A stretch of 64,000 bases of DNA from Octopus vulgaris (GCA_951406725.2 OX597828.1:12276001-12340000); one strand, 5' to 3'; positions 13,252 to 26,605 are shown, counted from the stretch's first letter. Made by a program: numbers and translations. Notes: generated by a model not told the origin, from the sequence alone.

Positions 13252-14220
13252 TTATGCTCTAACGATTTTGTCAGCTTATACCGTTCGTAATTAAAGGTAT
13301 CTTTTCATTTAAAAAATGCCTCAAATTTTGTCGGTAAGTGTAATATAATTAGTCGAATTGACTTCAACAATAAGCGACCACTTTTTATATTACTGGCCCT
13401 AGAGTTATTCAAGCCAAAATATATCACAGATTTTGAAGTCATAACGTTGGGAGCTGACAGTATAGAATTCTTGCCACTCCACAACTGAGTCATGTTCAAA
13501 TAAAGGAAAGAAACAATTGCAATGCACACGGCCATGATTTTATGTGGGCGGTGCCTAATCGATTATTTTAATTAATATTTAGTTTATTGACCGCGGGAAA
13601 ATATGTTAAAGTAATGTGCAAATGGGAGAGTATCACATACGTAGCTACGAGTCGAATTTATTATTTAGATCAGATGTTCTTATGCGCTTATAGGATAAAA
13701 CCCCTTCTGAGAGTTGTTTATTTTCTAAAACTCTATAAGAACATGAGAAAATGTCTATAATACTGGCAGATCGATATAGCTGGAAAACGAAATCGATACG
13801 GATAAAATCTGCTTTATTGGATTGGTTTTGACAATTGGCCAGTTTGACTTGCTGTCCCTAAAGCACACACATGCAGACGCATACACGTACACACATATAT
13901 ATACATGCACACATATGTATTTATGGATGTATGCATGTATGTATATATGTGTGTATGTATTTAGGTTGTTAGGTAGGTATGTATTAATATAATTTTTGTT
14001 TTAGACCGTAGAAGTTACAAAGTAACTCAACGACCGAAAGTGTTTGTACACATTTATTGAGTGTATTGAGTTCTCCTTATCCTGTTCTACTAAAGCTATA
14101 TGTGTTCATGTATGAATGTATTTACACGTGTGTAGGTGGGGTAGATGTGTGTGTGAGAGAGAGAATTTCGGGGTTTGGGGTTAAAACATGTTTGTCCAAT
14201 ATTTATCTTGTAATTTTGTA

Positions 14221-14256
14221 CAACTGATAAGCAAATGATTCGCGAAACTAGTTTGG
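14221..14256 (+). ncRNA. degenerate hammerhead-like motif
   Basis: CTGATAA-GCAAAT g ATTCGC-GAAAC-TA-GTT, followed by AATAAA. Stem I is poor and G8 is mutated. Confidence 0.4.
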
Positions 14257-14315
14257 GATATGAATAAAACTTTTACAAAATTAAAAAAATAACGGAATTT
14301 TTTAATTTTCCTACA

Positions 14316-14708
14316 GGCGAGTGGCTGTGTGGTAAGTAGCTTGCTTACCAACCACATGGTTCCGGGTTCAGTCCTTGCTGCGTGGCATCTTGGGCAAGTG
14401 TCTTCTAGTATAGCCTCGGGCCGACCAAAGCCTTGTGAGTGGATTTGGTAGACGGAAACTGAAAGAAGCCCGTCGCATATATGTATATGTATATATACAT
14501 GTGTGTGTATGTGTTTGTGTGTCTATGTTTGTCCCCCCCCCCCAACATCGCTTGACAACCGATGCTGGTGTGTTTGCGTCCCCGTAACTTAGCGGTTCGG
14601 CAAAATAAACCAGCAGAATAAGTACTAGGCTTACAATGAATAAGTCCTGGGGTCGATTTGCTCGACTAAAGGCGGTGCTCCAGCATGGCCACAGTCAGAT
14701 GACTGAAA

Positions 14709-14713
<5 letters not shown>
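14316..14713 (+). mobile_element. SINE family A, near full length
   Basis: tRNA-like head tggctgtgtggtaag...ggttcagtcc, internal (TA)/(TG) tract, 3' atgactgaaacaag. Confidence 0.9.
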
Positions 14714-14758
<45 letters not shown>

Positions 14759-17120
14759 TGTATGTGTGTGTGTGTGTGCATTTATATATATGTATGTATG
14801 ATCTATGTACGCATACACAAACTAGAAAAATGTTAACCTATGAGAAGTAATAGGAATTAATATGTTACGTTTAACGAGGGCGTCGAGCTGGCAAAATCGT
14901 TAGCACGCCGGGCAACACGCATTTCGCTCAGGTGACCGATCTGAGTTCAAATTCTGCCGATGTCGCCTTTCGTCTTTTGGAGTGGATAAAATAATTACCA
15001 TTTGAGCCCTGCACTGAGGTCGATATTATTGACTAATCTCCCTTCCCCGAAATTGTGTCCCTTTAACGATTCCAGTTCTAACATCATCGTAGTTAATTTT
15101 GCCTTTTACCTTTCCACCGTAATTGCAGTAATGCACTACACAAAATTACTGTGGTTGATACAATTAACTTCGCTTCTCCCCTATGGCGCCTGAAGTCTTG
15201 TGTCTGTATCACTGTTCAATATTTTGTGTGTAAAGCTTTGAATTTGAAACCATTTTTTTTCATTTTATTGTTATAACTTCATATTCAACACGTTCCTAAA
15301 GACTATGAATAGAAATCTCTTAGGAGTCGACTAAGCTGCTATGTTTAGCAAGTAGATAAAGTTCGTAAAGGCATCCTAGTTTACTTATATAAAAAAACCA
15401 GCCTTCCTACAGTGTGCGATCTTGTGTCTATCACATTCTGGGTGCTGCAACGATTAACCCCGTCCTCCAAAACCTGTTAATGTTATTTGGAAAGGCATGC
15501 AAGTTTCACCTTCTTATACTGTTCTTAAATTCTTGGATATTCATGTCTCGACAAATAGATGTACTTGTCGCCAACGAAAGATTCGAAAAGATGGCTGCCG
15601 ACACAGAAATGTACCAGATTAAATGAATTACATTTAGATTCAGATGTCAATGTAAGTAGGTAACATATTAAAGCATTTTACTTCAGATGCAGGCATGGGA
15701 ACCATTGTTTCCTACTAAATCGGTGATGTTGAATTCAGATCTGATAGCCAAATTTCCCTGTCACATACAGATTTTGAATAACCAAACACGCCCTTTTCCT
15801 TTCTTAGTTTTGGCTCCTATTGCATAAGCTGACTATGTTACTTTTCCTTGCTACGTTTTATGTTAGTCATACTTAAATGCTAACGGAATTGTCTTACATA
15901 TTCCGTTTTGAGAACATAGCAAAGTTTCGCAGGCGAATTTGTCACCCACTGCACTTCATCATCCGCCCCTAAGCAAAAGAATGTTACATTTTATCAATAT
16001 TCGTTCGTGAAAGAAGGCTATGGCTGGTTTCCGTTCCCAAGAAAAATTTTTGCAGCTTCAAAATAATATGCCTATGTCCTAAGTTCAGTCACATTCAGGT
16101 TCGCAGAGAATGAAAAGTTAGAGATGATGCAAGAGATTTGTGACCCAGTAAAAACTCTAGCTTTTAACTTGACCCCAATCGATATCCTGGGGTCAAGTCT
16201 AGGCAGCATCCAGTGAAAGGCATCCTGGCTGAATGATATAGAATCACTCAAAGATACGTTCCAACCACAGTAACACAGGCTTGCTGTCTACACTTCCTGC
16301 CCTTTCTACCGCCACTACAATGGCCTCTCCTTGATGCTGCCTGATAGCGTACAACTTCCACGCAAGTATACTCAGCTGACTCTAAATCCTCCACTCTTCA
16401 TCCATGATGGGCGCAAACTTCCAGTCCCATGTTAACAACTCACCCTAACCCAAACAGCGAATTCCAATCTTTCTTCTACAGATTTTTGTCTCTCTGTATT
16501 CAACTTCCTGCTCATATTTTATCCTGCAGATGCAAGTTTACATTATTCAACTTTCGGAGGGTCACCAAAAGCATTGGGCACTGTTCCTTCCTCTGGACTA
16601 AGCCTGTAACGCAAAAGAAACAAAAGACACAATTATAACAAATAACATCTCCAATGTTATGATGGAAACAAATACCAATAATAAATAATAAAACTTCACC
16701 CATCGACAACAGTTAATCAATAACTAGACAACAACATTTATAGAAAACGAAATATATCCTCGGGGTCCTTGTTGCGAATTATGATTGATTACAAGCCAGA
16801 GTTTGATTCCGTAATACGAAATTCCTCCTTAAGTGATTAATTAGACTCTCAGCTCTGCGAAACTATCCGATTTTATTTGATGTTTTACTTGAAAAATTAT
16901 TTGATGTAATGTATGGACAATTCCCAAGCCACAAATTGGGTTTTCAGTAAATAGATTGCTTGTGGCAATAGGAACTTGCACCATATTGTAGACAACCTCT
17001 TCAGTAATAAATCACAGGGCAGTGCAAAGTCTAAATTGTGACCTAAAATTTCAAAGCTCTAAAGAAAATAAAACACACACAGACACATACACGCACACTG
17101 ACACGGACACACACCCGAAC

Positions 17121-17185
<65 letters not shown>

Positions 17186-17282
17186 TTCATGTGCTTGTGA
17201 ATATACATACACACATTCATATATAATAGAAATATTAAAATTACTAAGTCTCTCTAAAGGAGATTACGGCAGCGTTACTGGG

Positions 17283-17640
17283 TATTAATAGTTATCGTCA
17301 TACTAATATGGCAGTATATAAATAAGACTAAAGCTGTCGCTGATTAGCTCCAAGAGACCATCGCCTCTAGCTAGCTAGCTGACACACGAACCAGCGTCCA
17401 TTACAACCTTCGAACAGGGGAGGTCAGCCGCTTCACCTTGCTAGTCAGACATCTGCAGACATGTTTCAGGGTTGTTGCCCTTTATCAATGCAGCGTAGCC
17501 AGACCTGTTCGAAGGTTGTAATGGACGCAGGTTCGTGTGTCAAATAGCTAGCTAGAGGCGATGGCCTCTTGGAGCTAATCAGCGACAGCTTTAGTCTTAT
17601 TTAAAGACTGCCATATTAGTATGGCGATAAATATTAATAC
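17283..17640. mobile_element. foldback element (~135-bp arms) with a hammerhead in the spacer, between (TA)n tracts
   Basis: 17283-17418 is a close reverse complement of 17504-17640. Confidence 0.85.
17453..17493 (-). ncRNA. minimal type I hammerhead, U3-A8 variant
   Basis: Minus strand reads ctgca-TTGATAA-AGGG caacaa CCCT-GAAAC-AT-GTC-tgcag. Confidence 0.8.
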
Positions 17641-17643
17641 ATT

Positions 17644-17674
<31 letters not shown>

Positions 17675-17745
17675 ATATTAGGGAGTAAATCCAAATTTAC
17701 AGGGAAAAATTAGATTTAGGATTAAATCTAATTTCACAGCATAAT

Positions 17746-18019
17746 TATAAATTAAATTAGAGATAAAACCACTATTAGGCAAATCAAGCAGTGAAAAACA
17801 TAAACCAAAACATAAAAATAAAAATAATTAATATAATTTACAGAATATATAAAATTTAAAATTTAAATAATTTAAATATATTTAAATAATTTAAATTTTA
17901 AATTTTATATTTTATATATTTTGTAAATTATATTAATTATTTTTTATTTTTATGTTTTGGTTTATGTTTTTCACTGCTTGATTTGCCTAATAGTGGTTTT
18001 ATCTCTAATTTAATTTATA
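17746..18019. repeat. ~270-bp AT-rich near-perfect palindrome next to (TA)n
   Basis: ...gagataaaaccactattaggcaaatcaagcagtgaaaaac... is mirrored by ...gtttttcactgcttgatttgcctaatagtggttttatctc...; centre ~17879. Confidence 0.9.
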
Positions 18020-18180
18020 TATATATATGCAGATATATTGATGCGCACACACATGTATATATATATTTTTTAGCGTTTGCTTTTATGTTGTTATATAAAT
18101 AATTTAACGTTTAACTGAAGAATTACCCACGTACACTTTAATACAGATTTATTAACTTTCAAAAAGGGAAGGGTGAGAGC

Positions 18181-18214
18181 AACTTGAAAGTTTCTGTCGT
18201 CTTGCCTTCATCAG
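18181..18214 (-). ncRNA. degenerate hammerhead-like motif
   Basis: Minus strand reads CTGATGA-AGGC aagac GACA-GAAAC-TTTCAA-GTT with downstream AATAAA. No stem I pairing. Confidence 0.4.
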
Positions 18215-18976
18215 TATGATGAAAATCAGTCAAAGACACCGTGATTCCTTTACTTGAGACACGTGTGACGGAGAGTCGCTGAACAGGTCACAGGTGTGTG
18301 ACAAAAGATTTCCAGGCAATGGACTTAAAATAAGAACAATTACAAGTATGCTGTGAGCTTATATATTTTCAGTGATTGAACTGCAACTATGTTTAGGTGC
18401 TGTCTTGGAGGTGTTCAGTTGATCAAATTTACCCCAGTAAATATTTCACTCATCTGACGGATTTCTATATGTAGCACACCACATAATAACTTATAGAATA
18501 TACGTAGAAGTCACAACATTAACTATTACACAGGCTTTCGAAATGGATGTAATTACAAACATGAGGATAAGTCCCGTTGTCGCAAAGTCATGCGCGCATA
18601 CAGGTATACAAAAATTTGCATCCATACACACCCACATGTGTATTATGTATTATATATTATGGATTAGCGAGTTGGCTTCCCGGACCGGGCTGTGTGTTGC
18701 GTTCTTGAGCAAGACACTTTATTTCACGTTGCTCAAGTTAACTCAGTTGTAGAAATGAGTTGCGATGTCACAGGTGCCAAACTGTATCAGCTTTTGCCTT
18801 TCTCTTGGATGAGATCGGTGGCGTGGAGAGGGGAGATTGGTACGCATGGGCAACTGCTGGTCTTTCATAAACAACTTTTCCCGGACAGAGGGTAACTTTC
18901 TAGGTGCAATCCTAGGGTCATTCATGACCAAAGTGGTTCTTTACCCTTTATAGATATTATATATGTATACATGCAC

Positions 18977-19054
<78 letters not shown>

Positions 19055-19137
19055 GACTGTGTGTGTGCCCGAGCGTGCATTTGTGTCTCTGTACATTGGG
19101 TCTCTGTACATCTATTATTTTCATCAAACTCCACTCA

Positions 19138-19356
19138 TATGACGGGGTGCTGAAAAGTTCCTAGATTTGTGTAAAAGAAAATGCGAAAAGGATCAGTTAA
19201 TTATGACTTTATTCAATATTTCCACCTCAGATTTACACACTTATTGCAGTGGTCTTTCAGTTTTTCTAAGCCCTGTAAAAGAACTCGGAAAGTTGGGCCT
19301 CCATTAGGCCCCTTCACGATACCATTAAATCCAGGAGCTTTTCCACAACCCTTGTA
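19138..19356. mobile_element. mariner-like MITE
   Basis: Imperfect TIRs tatgacggggtgctgaaaagttcct and aggagcttttccacaacccttgta; TA ends. Confidence 0.6.
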
Positions 19357-19714
19357 AGTTGTTGGTCAACCTGAAGTCTTTTCCAAAAAACTTACCCAAA
19401 TTCGGCTACAGGAAAACTTTTTAATCATACCCATATTTAGAGTTGACTACTTTCCAGAATTAACCATAAAATGTAGCTGGAACACAGAATATATTTATAT
19501 AATTTAATATAATATATAACAGAACATAATATAATATAATATAATTTCATATATTTAATCTACTTTACTTATTGTGTTATGTGTGCGTGTATATGTTTGA
19601 AAGCATTTTCGAATATGTGTGTTTATATATATATATGTGTGAATATATATATATATATTTCAGTGCATATATCTACATCTGTGCGTGTGTGTGCGTTTGT
19701 ATAATATAATTTAT

Positions 19715-20249
<535 letters not shown>

Positions 20250-20686
20250 GATAGACTCAGTGATTCAGTAGCATTGATTGGTTGAGTGGTGTCGATTAGT
20301 GGTGAGCTGAACCACAGAAGAAGAAAAATTAAAGGTTAGCTGTCATCAAAGCCAGTCCGCAAAATACTCGATCAAAGGGAAATAGAATAATCTCGTAAAG
20401 ACACAAAGCCAAAGAATACAAGATTCCAATAGCGATGGAGATATTTAAATCGGATATTTTACGATAGTTCTAATTTCCGATTTCAGTTAATAGCAAACAG
20501 CCGGGCTTTAACTTTATTACCGCATTCATTCCCATGGCGTGTCATTTACGTTTCGTATTTCCTGGCACACATTTCACACAGTTCGGAAATAATATAATTG
20601 GGAAATAATCAGAAAATAATATAATAGTAATAACGTTACTTGTCTACGACAGAAGCATTGGGATTTCTTCATAATGTAATAATAAC

Positions 20687-20725
<39 letters not shown>

Positions 20726-21200
20726 CGACAAGACATAATTATTAAAGACAGGGAAGAAAAGATTTGTAGACTAATAGATATAAGTGTTCCCACTGATAAA
20801 TATATCTGTAAAGCAATTTGACAAATTAAGTAAATATAAGTACCTGAAAATTGAAATGCAAAAGATGTGATATCTTAAAGCAAGAACTGTTCTTGTTATA
20901 GTAGGTGCCCTAGGTGTGATATATAAGGAAAAGCGATGTCAGAATTATCTCGCTAACATCCCAAGAGAACTATGTTTCAGAGAAATCCAAAAGATTGTGC
21001 TGACAACCCTTAGAAAACCACTAACAATTTAAATATCTTCGTTGTATTACATGAACATATTTCGCTTCTGCCCCTGCTACTTTCCCTTCACAAGCTTTCA
21101 ATCATACTGTAACATCTCTTATCCTTTACTCGCCCTAGGACGCTGGGTGTGTCTCGGCAAATGATTGTAACAAACCTGCAGATGAAAAGTAATGTAGAAG
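20726..21200 (+). mobile_element. decayed R4/Dong-type non-LTR 3' end (REL endonuclease)
   Basis: Translates RQDIIIKDREEKICRLIDISVPTD...KLSKYKYLKIEMQKM...VPVIVGALG with a frameshift and stops. Immediately preceded by (TAA)n. Confidence 0.75.
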
Positions 21201-21925
21201 AAGAGTTTATCTCAAATCGGTAGCGCCCTATGGTAGCACTGCCAGGCCAAGAATACCTGAAAAATATCCATGATAGTTCCCGACCGAAAAGTCCTTTGGA
21301 ACAAACTAGCCAATTCGTTTTCATCAGCGCCCACAGTCTCCCTGAGAACGTCGTCGCGCTTATCGGCCACTAATCCTCAATAAATTTCTAAAGCGGAACA
21401 TCCACTGATCCCATTGCCCGATTGATAGAGGGCTGTGAGTGCCTGACCACATTCTAGGTGCCATATACGCACATACTCATATGCACGCACACACACACAT
21501 ACATGTAGTGCGTATTTAGACGTGTTTTACTCTTATTGCTTAATTTTTAATACTTCTTTACACATTTTTCTGTATTTTGCCTTTAGCCCTGTTTTTTCTT
21601 GTGCATGATCGTATATAGACGTGTGCATGAACCTTTTGTGTGTGTGTGTGTGTGTGTGTATGTGTGTGTCTGTGTCTGTGTGTGTGCACGAGCGTGTATG
21701 AGGGTATGTATATATTTTTTTGGCGAATGTGTGGGTGAGCATCTGTGTGTTTCAAATGTGGGTGGATGAGTATATACTTATAGACGCATGTATGTTGGTG
21801 GGTGGGCGCGCATGGGTAGGTATGGACATGCGCGCTTATGCGAATACTATTAACATTTTTACTCCCTTACCTTCAATCCTACCCTTCACTTAGCGGTCAT
21901 TCTCATAGCATTTTTTCGATGGCCG

Positions 21926-21986
21926 GATAACTGAAGAGATGGCGGCGCAGTTTTCCGACCCGACATCCGAAACTCGGTGTTTTATC
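21926..21986 (+). ncRNA. type I hammerhead ribozyme motif
   Basis: Stem I gataa/ttatc; CTGAAGA; stem II GATG.CGG...CCG.CATC; (C)GAAAC-TCGGT-GTT. Lies ~35 bp upstream of (TA)n. Confidence 0.7.
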
Positions 21987-22018
21987 AGGGCTACTAAATA
22001 ATTGTCACATGTTATATT

Positions 22019-22070
<52 letters not shown>

Positions 22071-22072
<2 letters not shown>

Positions 22073-22281
22073 AGTATTTTTATAAGCTTAAAGCTTTTAA
22101 GCGATCACTGCGCAATGACTAAAGATAATAGTTTAATAATGGGGCATATAAGGTTTTCTCGTACGCGTGCAGGAAAACCTACATTTTACCGTCGAAGGCT
22201 TATATGCCCCATGATTAGACTGTTAACTTTAACTCATTGGACAGTGATTGCTTATAAGCTTGAACCTTATAAAAATACTAT
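22071..22281. repeat. foldback element (~82-bp arms) between (TA)n tracts
   Basis: 22071-22152 is an imperfect reverse complement of 22199-22281. The spacer holds a second hairpin aggttttc...gaaaacct. Confidence 0.8.
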
Positions 22282-22331
22282 AATTATTTTTACAGAATTG
22301 TAAAAGTCGACGCTGCTTCACAAAGGCCAAA

Positions 22332-22362
<31 letters not shown>

Positions 22363-22369
<7 letters not shown>

Positions 22370-23433
22370 CAAGGATAAGGTCATTAGAAACTTAATGATT
22401 TTATTAGTGGCCAACATATAATAAAAAAACTATACAGGTAAAATCAATATGTAAATATATAATTATATATATCTAATTATAAGTAAGAGCACTGAAGGAA
22501 CAGCGCCTATATGCTAGAAGTGGACGTTAAATGACTGGAAAGCACTTCAAATTGCTCCCCGTTAACACAGGCTGAAAGCGAGAAAAATTAATTAAAAAAA
22601 AATTAGTAAAAATAAAATGGTTAACCCTAAATCGATCAATTTCTGGCTTAGTAATAGTAATGAGGGTCTACCGAAAGTACACCCTACTGAAAATACACAT
22701 ACATGTACATACAAATACACGCGTATAAATACGAATATATAAACATTTTATTAATATTATCCATCTCAATCACGCGCGCATTTAATCAGAATAATACAGC
22801 AGTAAATATAATGACCGCAGTGAATAAATATACATCTATACATAATTAAGGCTAACACCATTAAAAACCAGAATATTCTGAAGTTGTTTAGAGTCATTTA
22901 ACGTCTACTTCTAGCATATATGCACTGTTCATCCAGTGCCCTTATTTATAATTATATATAGATATAATTATATATTTATATATTTATTTAACCGATATGA
23001 TTTTTTTATATGCTGGCCACTGATAAAATCATTAAGGTTTTAATAATGGTATCCTTAATTATATATACATGTACAGTTATTCACACGGGTCATTATATTA
23101 CTGCTGTATTATTCTGATAAAATGCGCACGTGGTTGAGATGGACAATAAGATTTGCCTAGTGAATACATGTAAATATATGTATATAACTGTATCTATACG
23201 AGTTTATTTGTATGTGTATTTTCATATATGTACGTTCGGTATACCCTACTGATGAAGGTAAAGTATTTATTACTAAGCCAGAAATTGATCGATTTAGAGT
23301 TAACCATGTAATCTTTACTGAATGTTTTTTTATCTATTTTTCTCACTTTCAGCCTGTGCAGTTTGAAGTGGTTTAGAGTCATTTGACGTCTATTTATAGC
23401 ATATAGGCGTTGATCCTTCAGTGCCTTTAATTA

Positions 23434-23445
<12 letters not shown>
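22363..23445. mobile_element. head-to-head pair of circularly permuted ~485-nt hammerhead-containing units
   Basis: The plus copy (22879-23445) has a terminal direct repeat at 22879 and 23364. The minus copy (22363-22870) has the same blocks starting at a different point. Flanked by (TA)n. Confidence 0.85.
23243..23300 (+). ncRNA. type I hammerhead motif
   Basis: acccta-CTGATGA-A-GGT.AAGTA...TACTAAGCC-A-GAAA-TTGATCGA-TT-tagagt. The inverted copy has tagggt, which restores stem I. Confidence 0.7.
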
Positions 23446-23471
<26 letters not shown>

Positions 23472-23532
23472 TATATTTATATGTGTGTGTGTGTATATAC
23501 ATACATACCTACATAACAAGAACACATATATA

Positions 23533-23703
23533 GGCGTAAGAATGGCTGTGTGGTAAGTTGCTTCCTTACGAATCACATGGTTCCGGGTTCAGTCCCACTG
23601 CGGGGCACCTTGGGCAAGTGTCTCCTACTATAGCCTCGGGCTGACCAAAGTCTTGTGAGTGGATTTGGTAGACGGAAACTGAAAGAAGCCCGTCATATAT
23701 ATG

Positions 23704-23738
<35 letters not shown>

Positions 23739-23763
23739 TTGTGTGTCTGTGTTTGTCCCCCCA
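23533..23763 (+). mobile_element. SINE family A, 5' half
   Basis: Matches 14316-14545 and ends at tttgtccccccaa. Confidence 0.85.
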
Positions 23764-23812
23764 ATCATTAGGGCCTTATATCACTTTATCAACGTTGATA
23801 AAGTGATATAAG

Positions 23813-23907
23813 GGCCTGATGATTGGGGTGACATTTTAAGAAGGGTTCCAGGAAAACACGGAGTGGGTTAGGTACCCGAGGATGTACCTCATGAAACACG
23901 TGTTGCC
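23813..23907 (+). ncRNA. type I hammerhead with long stem II, overlapping an 80-bp near-perfect palindrome (23754-23833)
   Basis: ggc-CTGATGA-T-TGGGGTgACAT...ATGTACCTCA-T-GAAAC-ACGT-GTT-gcc, followed by AATAAA. Confidence 0.75.
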
Positions 23908-24065
23908 AAATAATAAAACAGTAGGTATTTAAAATAAAAATAATTCTTTTTATATGGTGAGATGTAGGGGCCTACTATCTCTAAATTAAAATATATTTCT
24001 TCATTGAGTATAATTTAAACCTCTGTTATGCCGGAATTTTTATTCCCCAAAAAATAATATTTAAA

Positions 24066-24398
24066 TGTGGCTGTGTGGTAAGTAGCTTGCTAACCAACCA
24101 CATGGTTCCGGGTTCAGTCCCACTGCGTGGCATCTTGGGCAAGTGTCTTCTGTCGTATATATGTATATATATATATATAAGTGTGTGTGTATATGTTTGT
24201 CCCCCTAGCATTGCTTGACAACCGATGCTGGTGTGTTTACGGCCCCGTCACTTAGCGGTTCGGCAAAAGAGACCGATAGAATAAGTACTGGGCTTACAAA
24301 GAATAAGTCCCGGGGTCGATTTGCTCGACTAAAGGCGGTGCTCCAGCATGGCCGCAGCCAAATGACTGAAACAAGTATAAGAGTAAAAGAGTAAAAGA

Positions 24399-24400
<2 letters not shown>
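24066..24400 (+). mobile_element. SINE family A with internal deletion
   Basis: Head, core and (GAGTAAAA)n tail match the other copies. Confidence 0.85.
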
Positions 24401-24440
<40 letters not shown>

Positions 24441-26155
24441 CTACAAAGATACATTTAAATATGAATGTTGATTGTATGCTTACTAAGACTAACAGAATAA
24501 AAGACTTAATTATTGAATTAGGTGCTTAAATATAACTTCGGAATTCTGCCGAGAGTGTGATTTACTTAAATTCTTAATTGTGGAAACGTGTAACTGGCTT
24601 TACGCATAATTGTATTAAATAAAGGGACAAAATCAGTAGTTCAACTGGAAGGAATAACAAAATAAGTATGATAATTGTAGTGAATGTGGCCAATATTTAT
24701 TTTGGAAAGGTTTTGGGTTAACGGGGTGGGAAAGAGCCGCAGCGGTGGTGTTAGGGACTTGGCGGAAGGTTTTGTTTGGATATTGCGGTTAGTGAGATCA
24801 TGCGGTCAGCAATTGTTATCAATTTTGTATTAAGTTATTTATATACATATAATGTTATATACCTTGAAGTCAATGTTTTATTCACGTTTTCGCATTGGCC
24901 AGCCCCAAAACACTCATACAACCACTGAAAGGAATACGAGCATATGCATACACACACATACACTCACACACGCACACTCACACACACACACACACATACA
25001 TACATATATATATAAATATATATATATATGTATATGTGCACAAGCACTCCTTCAATATTCCATTTAAGAAACATTCAATAATTATACATCTTTAATATAT
25101 ACAGACAGGCTCACACACACACATATATACACACATTCATAATACACATAGATAGACAGAGAGATTCATAATCACAGACACTTATATATGTACATACTTA
25201 CACACGAATATATGGACACACACATATGTACGTGTACATATACATATATATATATATATATACGATCATACATATATACATACATATATATGTATATATA
25301 AAGTGTGTGCATATATATATATATATATATATTGTAGTATATGTCGGAGTTTGAGTGCGTGTATATGTGCGTAAATGTGTGCGAATATGTGCGTGTATAT
25401 GTCTGTGTAAACATCTATCTCTCTTCTCATCTCTATACGTGTGTGTGCCATCTTTGTATTGGTCTCTCTATTTACTTGCATGTGTTTGCCTCTGCCTCAG
25501 TTTCATTAACGGCTGTTTTACGTGGGTGTGGCAGAAGTTTTTCTTCGGAATACCTTCCTGTTTTCGTTCAATTCTTTATCGCTCTCTGCCAAAGCCGGAT
25601 AGTCTTAATCTGCCAACGGTATTATAAATGCATATTTGACCCAATTTCATTCCGGAAACCCGAACCCTATATTCTTTCTGGAATTGGTCTGATTCTTCTA
25701 TTTTAAGCGTCACATTTCACATATTATAACCAATTTAACTCAATTTCTTCTAAGATTCATGCATTTTCGTTTATCTTTTAGTTTATTTTATGTATTATGT
25801 TTGTTTTTAGTTTTGATACGTAGACTGTATAACAACTTTTACTCATAGACAGGAAGTAGAGAGAATCATTTTCAAAAGCTTATATTTTTAAGGTGCTCCT
25901 AATTTCGACATATAAGGATGTTTTAGAAATCACCATAGACGTTCTTTTAATCTTCATAGTTACTGATATGATAATTTACAATATTTCAGGGGTTTCCACT
26001 TTACCTTTGCATTTCTCTCCCCGTCCGTTCCATTCTCTCTCTCTCTCTCTCTCTCCTTGTTGTGCTCGCTCTCTCTTTCTCTCTCTAAATATATGCGCGT
26101 GTGTGCGTATCTGTCTGTGTGTATGTGTTTTCATGTATGTATATGTATATATACA

Positions 26156-26210
<55 letters not shown>

Positions 26211-26568
26211 ATGTGTATTTGGATATATACGTATTTACATATGTTTACATATACAAATATATACAAATTTATTTATTTATAATATACATACATACAGAGA
26301 GAGAGAGAGGGTGGGGGAGATAAAACAGCAAGATAGAACGTAATTGGTAAGTGGTTAGATGTACTGCGTAGAAAAGCGAACGGCTGGTAAATGAATGAGA
26401 AATCTATGAGAAATACATTCGAAAATATTGATACCTCATTGTAGTGAGACATTTTCCTTGCAGAAGACGAAAAACAGGGTCGATGAAAACCTAACGAAAG
26501 TAATCTAAATATCTCTCTACGTTGAAGTTCTACTACACTCATCATGTGTGAGTGAGCGTGTGTGTAAA

Positions 26569-26605
<37 letters not shown>

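Noticed and set aside
21240-21332. Minus-strand CTGATGA as a hammerhead
   Set aside because: No correctly placed GAAA or stem III was found.
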